Shown here: positions 55,938 to 64,000 of the stretch, piece after piece
Layout of the letters: the number at the start of each line of letters is the position of its first letter
Position numbering within the stretch: the stretch's first letter is position 1
NCBI GenBank assembly: GCA_963664405.1
Contig: OY761158.1
Location: 288,001 to 352,000 of the forward strand
Length of the DNA stretch: 64,000 bases
From: Thermoanaerobaculia bacterium
GTDB taxonomy: Bacteria; Acidobacteriota; Thermoanaerobaculia; Multivoradales; Multivoraceae
Direction of reading: 5' to 3'
Notes under the pieces: model-generated
Told to the model about the DNA's origin: nothing
What the model saw: the letters and a program-made list of their open reading frames with translations, nothing else
Databases searched by the model: none
Program-made: the position numbers and the translations under genes

Positions 55938-56654
55938 ATGTCGAGCTCTCGAGCTTGGGCGCTTGCCGCCACCGCGATCAGCATCGTCGCGATCCTCACC
56001 CTCGCGGGCTATCTCGCCCTGCGGGCCTTGACTCGTGCGCCGGCCGAGGTGGTTAGGAGTGGCGGCGATGCTCTCGCCGAGATTGCGCGAGCGTTTCGAG
56101 AAGGCAATATCGAGACCCGCTTTCGCAGCTACGCGACCACTGTCTCCGGCGTCAGCTATCTGCAATTCGCCAGTCTGGAGGCGGTCGAGATCTTCGAGAG
56201 GAAGGATTCGGCGACGATACTCTGGGGACAGCTCCCGCTTCCCGATATCGTCGTGGAGGCGAGAGTCCCGGTCACCTATACCTACTACCTGGATCTCGAA
56301 GACGCCTGGAGAATCTCGATGGAGGGCAGTCGAGTCGTAGTCGAAGCTCCAGGGATCGGCTTCAATCCCCCGGCGGCCAACCCCTCTAGACTGGAGCTGA
56401 GAGTGACGGAAGACAGTCTCTTCCGCGACAGCGAAGCGGCGAAGAGTGGGTTGCAAACCGCTCTCAAGGGCCTACTCGAGGATCGCGCCGTGGAGAAGGT
56501 CGAGTTGGTGCGCGAAGTCGGACGCCAGAGAGTAGAAGCTTTCGTGCGCGACTGGATCTTGCACGACTTCCCCAGTGCAGGCGACATCCGCATCATAGTC
56601 CTCTTCGAAGGTGAGGACGGTCCTGCCATCACTGTCCCTGAGATTGTCGAATGA
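55938..56654 (+). CDS. Membrane-anchored hypothetical protein (DUF4230-like)
   Basis: N-terminal TM helix; VEARVPVTYTYYLDL; ATGA-coupled to the next gene. Confidence 0.6.
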   Translation: MSSSRAWALAATAISIVAILTLAGYLALRALTRAPAEVVRSGGDALAEIARAFREGNIETRFRSYATTVSGVSYLQFASLEAVEIFERKDSATILWGQLPLPDIVVEARVPVTYTYYLDLEDAWRISMEGSRVVVEAPGIGFNPPAANPSRLELRVTEDSLFRDSEAAKSGLQTALKGLLEDRAVEKVELVREVGRQRVEAFVRDWILHDFPSAGDIRIIVLFEGEDGPAITVPEIVE

Positions 56655-57943
56655 ACCCTGAGCGCGGAGACCTCGAGGCCAAGCAACAAACGGCCCTGCA
56701 GCATCTGCTGGCTGTCGTTCTGGCCAAGAACGAGTTCTACCGACACAAGCTCCAGGGTCTCGATCTACCGCCTCCTGAGCACTTTCGTCTCGCCGATCTC
56801 GGCACCTTGCCGCTGACACGCAAAGAAGAGCTGGTTGCCGACCAGAGCGAAAACCCACCCTACGGCACCAACCTCTCGGCCCCACTCGAAAGCTACGTGC
56901 GGCTGCATCAGACTTCCGGCACGACCGGCAGGCCCCTTTTCCTGCTCGACACCGCACAGACCTGGGCCTGGTGGCTTCACTGCTGGGAAGAGATCTACCG
57001 CCATGCCGGAGTGCATGCCGGTGACCGCGTCTTCGTCGCCTTCTCCTTCGGACCCTTCATCGGCTTCTGGGCCGCTTTCGAAGCCGCGCAGCGACTCGGA
57101 GCCCTGGTATTGAGTGGCGGTGCTCTCTCTACCGAAGAGCGTCTTCGTGCCATCGTCGCACGAGAGGCGACGGTCCTGCTCTGTACCCCAACCTATGCGC
57201 TGCGCCTGGCGGAGGTCGCGCGCCACCAGAAGATCAACATAAGAGAGTCAGCAGTGCGCCTCAGCATTCATGCCGGCGAGTCCGGCGCCAGCGTCGCCAA
57301 TGTGAAGGCACGCATCGAGGGCGCCTGGGGCGCCCGCTGCGTCGATCATGCCGGCGCCACCGAGGTTGGGGCGTGGGGTGTATGCCCCGGCATCGACAAT
57401 CGGATGCTGATCCTCGAGAACGAGTTCATCGTCGAGGTTGTCGAGCCCGATTCGGACCAAATTCCCGCGGCCGCCGAAGACGGGAGCCGTCTGGGAGAGC
57501 TGGTGCTCACCAATCTGGGCCGCGACGCCAGCCCTGTCATCCGTTACCGCACCGGAGATCTGGTCAAGCTTCAACCCGCCGCCGCCGAAGGGCCTCCGCT
57601 GGCGACCCTCGAAGGCGGCGTCTTGTCGCGAGTCGACGGCATGTTCGTGGTCCGTGGAATCAACGTCTACCCGAGTGCGGTCGAGAACATTGTTCGCGAG
57701 CTCGACGAGATCGATGAATTCCGCGTCACCGTGCACCGCACGGGCGACCTTCCGCGTCTCGCTCTGGAGGTCGAGGTCGCGGGCGGCGAGACCGCCGGCG
57801 TAGTCGAGCGGCTCGGCCACCTCCTCCACAGCCGGCTTCAGCTCCGTGCCGAGATCGAGCCCGTGGCGCCGGGCTCCCTGCCACGCTTCGAGCTGAAAGC
57901 GCGTAGGTTCCACACCGCCGACACCAAAGAGCCCGGCTCTTGA
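56651..57943 (+). CDS. Phenylacetate-CoA ligase family protein
   Basis: LPLTRKEEL, HQTSGTTGRP, LCTPTYAL, GATE, IRYRTGD, VRGINVYP. Confidence 0.9.
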   Translation: MNPERGDLEAKQQTALQHLLAVVLAKNEFYRHKLQGLDLPPPEHFRLADLGTLPLTRKEELVADQSENPPYGTNLSAPLESYVRLHQTSGTTGRPLFLLDTAQTWAWWLHCWEEIYRHAGVHAGDRVFVAFSFGPFIGFWAAFEAAQRLGALVLSGGALSTEERLRAIVAREATVLLCTPTYALRLAEVARHQKINIRESAVRLSIHAGESGASVANVKARIEGAWGARCVDHAGATEVGAWGVCPGIDNRMLILENEFIVEVVEPDSDQIPAAAEDGSRLGELVLTNLGRDASPVIRYRTGDLVKLQPAAAEGPPLATLEGGVLSRVDGMFVVRGINVYPSAVENIVRELDEIDEFRVTVHRTGDLPRLALEVEVAGGETAGVVERLGHLLHSRLQLRAEIEPVAPGSLPRFELKARRFHTADTKEPGS

Positions 57944-57963
57944 CCTGCTATCATCTGCGCCGC

Positions 57964-58971
57964 ATGAAGACACCCACAGTGAGACGACTGGCCTACCTCG
58001 CTCTCTTCTCGACCCTGGCTCTCGCCTGCGGCGGCGGCAGCTCCGAAGAAGGGGCCTCAGACGCGCCTCAGCCAGGGCGTCGACAGTTCATAAGCATCGG
58101 CACCGCGCCCGTTGTTGGCGGGTTTTACCTCATGGGCGGAGCGCTGGCCGAGGTTCTCAACGGAAATGTCACGTCGGTCAACTGGGAGGTGACGGCGGAG
58201 GCCACCAAGGGCTCGCAAGAGAACATTCGGCGGCTGGTCGCCGGCGAGATCGAGCTCGCGATCTCGAATTCCGCCATCACCTACAACGCGGTGCGCGGAG
58301 AGTCCGGCTGGCAGGGGCCCCACGACGTCAAGGTGCTGATGACTTTGGCCCCCAACGTCGCCCAATTCATCACCAGCTCGAGCTCAGACATCAAAAAGTT
58401 GGCCGACCTCCGCGGCAAGCGAGTCGTCGTCGGACCCGCCGGCGCCGGCTTCGAACAGTTTGTCGGCCCCCTATTGCAGGCGCACGGATTGAGCTTCGAC
58501 GACTTCTCGCCGGTGAATGCTACTCAAAGTGCCTCGGTCGACATGCTCAAGGACCGCGCCATTGCCGCGGCCTTTCTCGGCGGTGCGGTCCCCCATCCGG
58601 CTATCACCCAGGCCTCCGCCAGCCTCGACGTCTACTTCATTCCCTACGAGCCGGCGGCCCGCGAGAAGTTAGTCACGGACTACCCCTTCTTCTGGGATGT
58701 GAACGTGCCCAGCGGCACCTATAAGGGCCAGGACGAGGATTTCCCTGGCCTCAACGTCGGCTCGATGCACTTCATCGCCGCCGCCGCTCTCGACGAAGAG
58801 CTGGCCTATCTGGTCACCAAAACGATCTACGACAAACGTGAGCTGGTAGTAGAGAGAGCGGCGCCGGGTCGGGCCATCAACCCAACCAACGTCGTCCGCG
58901 ATACCGGTACCGAGTTCCACCCAGGCGCCATCCGTTATTACCGAGAGATAGGCATCTGGCCGGAGCCGTAG
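57964..58971 (+). CDS. TAXI family TRAP solute-binding lipoprotein
   Basis: Lipobox LALAC, IGTAP..GGFY, ATKGSQENI, FHPGAIRYY. Confidence 0.92.
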   Translation: MKTPTVRRLAYLALFSTLALACGGGSSEEGASDAPQPGRRQFISIGTAPVVGGFYLMGGALAEVLNGNVTSVNWEVTAEATKGSQENIRRLVAGEIELAISNSAITYNAVRGESGWQGPHDVKVLMTLAPNVAQFITSSSSDIKKLADLRGKRVVVGPAGAGFEQFVGPLLQAHGLSFDDFSPVNATQSASVDMLKDRAIAAAFLGGAVPHPAITQASASLDVYFIPYEPAAREKLVTDYPFFWDVNVPSGTYKGQDEDFPGLNVGSMHFIAAAALDEELAYLVTKTIYDKRELVVERAAPGRAINPTNVVRDTGTEFHPGAIRYYREIGIWPEP

Positions 58972-58982
58972 GGGAAAGCCCG

Positions 58983-60908
58983 GTGCGTAGCAGTGTAATG
59001 GCGGCTATTGGAGTCGCCCTCTCGCTCTACACTCTCGTTCAGGTCAACTATCCGCTACTGCAACCGCACGCCGAGCTGGCGCTCTTCGCCATGCTCGGGC
59101 TGATCCTCTGCTTCCTCCACTTTCCGCTTCACCCGCGGCTCCAGGAGAACCGGTTGAGCGGAGCCCTGGACTGGGCATTCGCGGCACTGACAGCGTTGGT
59201 CTGTGGCTACGTCGTCGTCCAAAGTGAGCCGGTCTTCAGCGGGTTCTGGATCGACGGCCTTTCGCTGGGTGACCGAGCGGGCCAAGAAGCGCCCGTCGAC
59301 TTCCTCGTCGGCGCGATCGGGTTAGTTCTCGTCCTCGAAGCGACCCGACGATCGATTGGCTGGGTCCTCCCGATCCTCAGCGTCCTCTTTCTTATCTACG
59401 CCTTCGCCGGGCCGTACCTTCCCGACGCCTTCTTTCCCCATCGCGGCTATGGTCTCGAGCGCGTGGTGGGCCAGACCTTCCTCCAGAGTCAAGGCGTCTT
59501 CTCTACCGCGCTCAAGGTGATGTTCTCTTACGTCTATCTCTTCGTCATCTTCGGCTCTTTCCTCAAGTTCACTGGAGCCACCCAATACATCATCGATTTC
59601 GCCGAACGGGCCTTCGGCGGTCGAACCGGAGGCTCAGCCAAAGTCTCGGTGCTCGCCAGTGGGCTGATGGGCTCGCTTTCAGGCAGTGCGGTCGCCAACA
59701 CCGCGACCACGGGCACTTTCACCATCCCGATGATGCGCAATTCGGGCTTTCGCCCTCACATCGCGGGCGGAATCGTCGCTGCGGCCAGCTCCGGGGGTGC
59801 GTTGGTACCTCCGGTGATGGGCGCGGGCGCCTACATGATGCTGGAAATCATCGATCCTCCGGTGACCTTCATCCAGATCATGCGAGCGGCGATCGTTCCG
59901 GCGCTCCTCTACTACTTTTCGCTGCTCTTGATCGTCGACTTCTTCGCCCGGCGGGAGGGGGCCACAGCTCCTCCGAAGAAAGAGGATGCAGGCTCCTTCT
60001 GGCAGTTCGAAGGACTCGTTTTCTTCGCCGCCCTCGGCTCCCTGATCGGTTTTCTGATCGTGGGCTATTCACCTTTCCGTTCGGTGACACTCTCTCTTGT
60101 GGTCAGCCTGGTGTTAGCCGCCTTCAACGCCAGGACCCGAGTCTCGCTGAAGAAGGGGTTCCAGGCTCTAGCCGAGTCGGCGCTCAACGGCATATCCCTG
60201 GTCGCGGCAGCGGCCAGCGTCGGCATCATTCTGGGTGTAGTGACGCTGACCGGGCTCGGCACCAAGTTCCCTTCGATGATCCTCGACCTTGCGCAGCAGA
60301 ACCTCTTTCTCGCGCTGGTACTGATCATGGTCTCTTCGATCGTGCTCGGCATGGGCCTGCCGTCGGCGGTGTGTTACCTCTTGCTCGCCACCCTCATCGG
60401 CCCGGTGCTCAGTCAGCTCGGCGTCATCCCTCTCGCGGCGCATCTCTTCATCTTCTACTTCGGCATGATGTCGATGGTGACTCCCCCGGTCGCACTTGCG
60501 GCCTATACGGCGAGCTCGATCGCGGGATCGGGGATCATGGAGACCGGCTTCGCCTCTTTTCGCTTCGCCCTGGTCGGTTTCACGCTCCCCTTCATGTTCG
60601 TCTTCCGTCCGGCGTTGCTGCTGATGACGCCCGACGGCCAGCCTGCATCTTTGCTGGAGGTGCTGCCGGCAGTCACCATGGCCATTCTCGGCGTCGTACC
60701 CTTAGCCGCCGGCATCGCCGGTTATCTCTTCTCCGATCTCAGTTCTCTGTGGCGCGGAGCCTCGCTCGCTGCCGCGGCCCTCCTTCTGTACCCCGGGACC
60801 AATGTCTCCTTGACCGGCTTCGCCTTGTCGCCGGCGAATGCCACAGGCCTCGTTCTACTCGCGGTCGTCGCAGCCGCGAGTTGGCGCAGCCGCTCCGCGG
60901 CGGCCTAG
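58983..60908 (+). CDS. TRAP transporter fused 4TM/12TM permease
   Basis: LEATRR, SGSAVANTATTGTFTIPMM, PPVMGAGA, AHLFIFYFG, TPPVALAAY. Confidence 0.93.
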   Translation: MRSSVMAAIGVALSLYTLVQVNYPLLQPHAELALFAMLGLILCFLHFPLHPRLQENRLSGALDWAFAALTALVCGYVVVQSEPVFSGFWIDGLSLGDRAGQEAPVDFLVGAIGLVLVLEATRRSIGWVLPILSVLFLIYAFAGPYLPDAFFPHRGYGLERVVGQTFLQSQGVFSTALKVMFSYVYLFVIFGSFLKFTGATQYIIDFAERAFGGRTGGSAKVSVLASGLMGSLSGSAVANTATTGTFTIPMMRNSGFRPHIAGGIVAAASSGGALVPPVMGAGAYMMLEIIDPPVTFIQIMRAAIVPALLYYFSLLLIVDFFARREGATAPPKKEDAGSFWQFEGLVFFAALGSLIGFLIVGYSPFRSVTLSLVVSLVLAAFNARTRVSLKKGFQALAESALNGISLVAAAASVGIILGVVTLTGLGTKFPSMILDLAQQNLFLALVLIMVSSIVLGMGLPSAVCYLLLATLIGPVLSQLGVIPLAAHLFIFYFGMMSMVTPPVALAAYTASSIAGSGIMETGFASFRFALVGFTLPFMFVFRPALLLMTPDGQPASLLEVLPAVTMAILGVVPLAAGIAGYLFSDLSSLWRGASLAAAALLLYPGTNVSLTGFALSPANATGLVLLAVVAAASWRSRSAAA

Positions 60909-60923
60909 GCCGGAGGATCTACT

Positions 60924-61436
60924 TCACTTAGCTCTACGACGCGCATCCGGCAGCCCATCGTGCGATCCGAGGGTTCGTTCCGGCCACTCAGTCCAGAGGT
61001 CATCACCGATCTCTCTATTTCGCTCGGGGTGGAGAGGATAGGTGATCTTGTTTTCTGGTTTAGATGTCTCTCCCCCTACTAGAAGGCGAACGTCTTCGTC
61101 AGAGTTGTTGATGAATGTGTGCGCGATGCCGGTACCGGCCGGAAAGCCGACGAAGTCTCCGGGCTCCAAATCGTAGACGCTCCCATCGATCCAGGCCTGC
61201 GGGCTTCCTTCAATCACGAAGACGAATTCCTCCTCCGCGCTCTCAGCATGAGGCCAAGACGTTCGACGCCCCGGCGTCAAGACTTCGTGGTGAATTCCGA
61301 GCTTCACGAGCCCGGTGGCTGCCCCTAGGCGGGAGCCGATGCTCAGTAGCTCATCGCTCCCCCGGTAATGAGCCTCGTCCTTATCTTGGATCTGGAGCCA
61401 GTGCTTTATGAATGTCGGCCGATTCGTACTTTTCAT
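60924..61436 (-). CDS. Cupin domain protein
   Basis: HAESAEEEFVFVIEG, GFPAGTGIAHTFIN. Confidence 0.88.
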   Translation of the reverse strand: MKSTNRPTFIKHWLQIQDKDEAHYRGSDELLSIGSRLGAATGLVKLGIHHEVLTPGRRTSWPHAESAEEEFVFVIEGSPQAWIDGSVYDLEPGDFVGFPAGTGIAHTFINNSDEDVRLLVGGETSKPENKITYPLHPERNREIGDDLWTEWPERTLGSHDGLPDARRRAK

Positions 61437-61461
61437 GAGATTCCCCCTTTGCAAGATTCCA

Positions 61462-61674
61462 TCACAGCACCCCTTGCTCGGCCCAACGGGTCGTGCCTTC
61501 ACCTTTGAGCGCATCGTAGTCCTTGACCCAAGCGGGTTCGGCCCGACGTTCCCTCAGATAGACCGAAGCAGGATCATCCCCTTCGACTTCGAAGAAGCTC
61601 GCGACTTCAAACCGAATCGGGATCTCGGCGTGCTCAGCAAGCCGATCTAGCGGTTCTTCGACGACGCTGAACAC
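61462..61674 (-). pseudogene. Truncated N-terminal part of a GNAT (streptothricin-acetyltransferase-like) gene
   Basis: IPIRFEV...WVKDYDA..GEG..RW resembles that family's N-terminus; ORF stops at 70 aa before any acetyl-CoA motif. Confidence 0.5.
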
Positions 61675-61692
61675 TTAGAGCGCCCCCCGAGC

Positions 61693-62262
61693 TCAATCTC
61701 TCGGGGCTTCAATGGATGGCTGCCCGTAGCGCAACATTACACTCTGGACGCCTCTCCCGACCTGAACGGTAACTACATAGAGCCGATCAAACTCGCGTGC
61801 CTCGTCGATCTCCGAGCTCGGATCCCCTCCCAACAACTCCACCATCCGCGGGGTAGTCCCGCTGTGACCAACGATGAGGTGACGCCCGCCTCGAGCCCGT
61901 ATCTTTTCAACTAGAGATGGCAGGTCAGCGGGATCGTAGAGCTCCACGCTCACTTCGTGATCGCGGGCAGTGGGCGAAGCGGTGCTCCTCGTCCTGAGAA
62001 AGTCCGAGGAGTGCACGTGCTCAACTCTTGCATCTTGCAGGGTCCTGGCGAGCTCCTCTGCCCGCTCGTGGCCAGCGGTGGTCAACTCTGGGTCTGATGA
62101 GGAGTCGGCTTTCTCTCCGTGCCTGACCAGGAAGACCAATAGCGTCTCGCTATCCGGATCTGAGGATTGCGCACCCTGCAAAGCCGAGCACCCGATGAAA
62201 GCGCTCACCAGGACTAGAGTGAGATGTGCAAGGCGCAGCCCAACAGGCTGAGTGCGTCTCAC
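61693..62262 (-). CDS. Histidine phosphatase family protein
   Basis: FLVRHGEK, SSDFLRTRST, LIVGHS; N-terminal signal-like segment. Confidence 0.88.
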   Translation of the reverse strand: MRRTQPVGLRLAHLTLVLVSAFIGCSALQGAQSSDPDSETLLVFLVRHGEKADSSSDPELTTAGHERAEELARTLQDARVEHVHSSDFLRTRSTASPTARDHEVSVELYDPADLPSLVEKIRARGGRHLIVGHSGTTPRMVELLGGDPSSEIDEAREFDRLYVVTVQVGRGVQSVMLRYGQPSIEAPRD

Positions 62263-62621
62263 CCTCGTTCACCCTTGGGCGCTGTTAAATCCGGGTGTTC
62301 GACGTTGCCGGTATTGAGCAGGTCAGCCGGCTCGAAGAGAAGGAGCTCGACCTCCTCTTCCGCTACTGGACGGTGATCTACACCTCTGGGCACTACCACC
62401 AGTTCTCCAGGGCCGAGCTCGACGCTGCCATCTCGAAAGTCGATTCGCAAAACGCCAGCGAGGACGAGGAACATCTCGTCCTCGTTCTCGTGCTGATGCC
62501 ACACGAACTCACCTTTCACCTTGACCACTTTGACTTCTTGGCCGTTGAGCTCGGCGACGATCTTGGGCCGCCAGTGCTCGTCAACGGCGGCGAGCTTCTC
62601 CTCGAGGTTGATCTTCTTCAT
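62259..62621 (-). CDS. Cupin domain protein
   Basis: GEFVWHQHENEDEMF, VVPRGVDHRP. Confidence 0.9.
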   Translation of the reverse strand: MKKINLEEKLAAVDEHWRPKIVAELNGQEVKVVKVKGEFVWHQHENEDEMFLVLAGVLRIDFRDGSVELGPGELVVVPRGVDHRPVAEEEVELLLFEPADLLNTGNVEHPDLTAPKGERG

Positions 62622-62687
62622 CGGCCCAGGGCTCTGCCACCGCAAGTCGCGAGCAAGCCCAGCGTCAAAATTCCGATCGCGGGCGAC

Positions 62688-63339
62688 TCAACGTCCGTAA
62701 ACCGAAACATGTGCCTCGCTGCTCGAGTTGAAGGGTCTTTCTTCCCAATCCGCCCAGCGTTCCCTCAGCCGAAGACCTGCGATTCGACCCATGAGGTCGA
62801 GCTCGCTCGGCCAGGCGTAGCGTTGGACAACGGGATTGAGGCTCACGCCGTCCGATGACAGGGATATGTGACTCTGCTCGAGAGTCTGCGTAGACGGGTC
62901 GTGGCGAAGCACTCCAATCCGCACCTCGACGACGAAGCAGCCGTCATCGGTGAGATGGGCAGCGACGTTCTCGAAGCAACGTAGCTGATCCTCCTGGGTT
63001 AGTAGATTGAAGAGCGAGTTCCAGGCAACGAAGATCAGGCGGTAGCGATCGGGGACCGCTACCGCCGCTAAGTCCCCCGATTTCGACGGCCAGCTGATCG
63101 CCTCCAGGCTTGCCACGCAAGCGATCGACCATTGCCGGCGAGATGTCGATGCCATCGACACGAAGACCCCGAGCTGCGAGCGGTAGGGCCAGGCGGCCGG
63201 TGCCGATGGCAAGCTCGAGGACGGGTCCCGATCCGGCCAGCCTCAGCAAGAGCTCGACAGCAGCGGACTCGTCACCGCGCTCGTCGTGTCTCTTGGCAGC
63301 CTCTTCATCGAAGCTGGTGATCGGTTTGTAACCCTCCAT
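62688..63339 (-). pseudogene. Class I SAM-dependent methyltransferase, frameshifted
   Basis: VLELAIGTGR...GIDIS in one frame, GDLA..YRLIF...CFENVAAHL..DG in another; shift at a G5 run (63074-63078). Confidence 0.8.
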
Positions 63340-63604
63340 CTAACTACCTAGCCCGATCCGACGCTCTCATTATCACCCATCGCCAGCCCTCTATTCCCTT
63401 CTCTCCTGATCGTCCAATGTGCTGGCGATGACCGCCAGGAATTCGCCTTGCGCTGACGATCGTTGACGACTGGTGGCCTCGACGCCGGGTCGAGCCGACT
63501 CGGTGACGGGGTGCAAGCGCCAGAAGCGATGACGAGTACGACCCCTACCTGGCCAACGGAGGAACTAAGCCGACGAAGGATGAGACCTCTCCGCTCCGTC
63601 GCGT

Positions 63605-64000
63605 CTACAGAGCCCGATTGATCAGGCAGTAGAGGTACTTATCAGTCCGCAAGAAGATCCTTCCTTCCGATACCGCAATCGAAGACAAGGTATATCCATC
63701 GAGCTCGTTCTCGGCGAGGATCTCGAACTCCGGTCCCGCCTTCACTACCGTCGTCACGCCCTCTTCGTTGGTCGCGTAAACCTTGCCATCCGCCAATACC
63801 GGCGAGGCAGAGTAGGTGCCTGGAGCGACTCGCTGTTCAGCCCAAACGGCGTCCCCGGTCTGGGTGTCGTAGTTGGAGAGAGTTCCGCGGTCTCGCAAGA
63901 TGTAAAGGTAGCGTCCGTCTGTAGCAGGAGTCGGAACGTCGGGCCCCTTGTCCAGCGACCAGGCCAGATGCGTGCTGGTGATGTCGCCCTCGCCCCCAGG
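63605..64000 (-). CDS. PQQ-like beta-propeller, C-terminal part (5' truncated by window edge)
   Basis: GPDVPTP, YSASPVLADGKVY, FEILAENEL, RIFLRT..YLYC. Confidence 0.85.
   Translation of the reverse strand, partial: PGGEGDITSTHLAWSLDKGPDVPTPATDGRYLYILRDRGTLSNYDTQTGDAVWAEQRVAPGTYSASPVLADGKVYATNEEGVTTVVKAGPEFEILAENELDGYTLSSIAVSEGRIFLRTDKYLYCLINRAL

Noticed and set aside
1-64000. CRISPR array, rRNA or tRNA genes
   Set aside because: No regularly spaced repeats, cas genes or recognisable stable-RNA motifs seen.

Overview
GC-rich bacterial window; the gene content (Acidobacteria-type VWA protein, carboxypeptidase-domain TonB-dependent receptors, many PQQ/BamB-like beta-propellers) suggests an Acidobacteriota genome (inference). 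From start to end: (1) 1-17.8 kb, an amine/ketone catabolic neighbourhood with two inverted TBDR + Tat-NTF2 modules, a class III aminotransferase, MFS, AcoABC-like complex, SDR, AraC and TetR, interrupted by an intact ISKra4-family IS; (2) 17.9-26 kb, a toxin-antitoxin hotspot (MNT-HEPN, MazEF-like, VapBC, HigBA, an unnamed pair, a DUF433 relic); (3) 26.2-30.4 kb, a mauBEDA TTQ amine dehydrogenase operon with a di-heme cytochrome c and no mauG; (4) 35-52.6 kb, a long minus-strand cluster combining a HemN-like radical SAM enzyme, a flavin-dependent halogenase-like enzyme, an Fe-ADH, four beta-propellers, a TBDR and a sodium:solute symporter; (5) a VWA gene, an IS256, a CoA-ligase + TAXI-TRAP operon and small genes/pseudogenes. 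Not explained by the ORF track: a family of 170-270 bp rod-shaped inverted-repeat elements with different ends but a shared structured core (13.3, 20.6, 22.1 kb, possibly 63.5 kb), a ~90 bp duplicated upstream element, and a 33-codon mini-gene formed by internal deletion of a glycoside hydrolase paralog. No rRNA, tRNA or CRISPR array was seen. All family assignments come from motif recognition by eye, not database searches.
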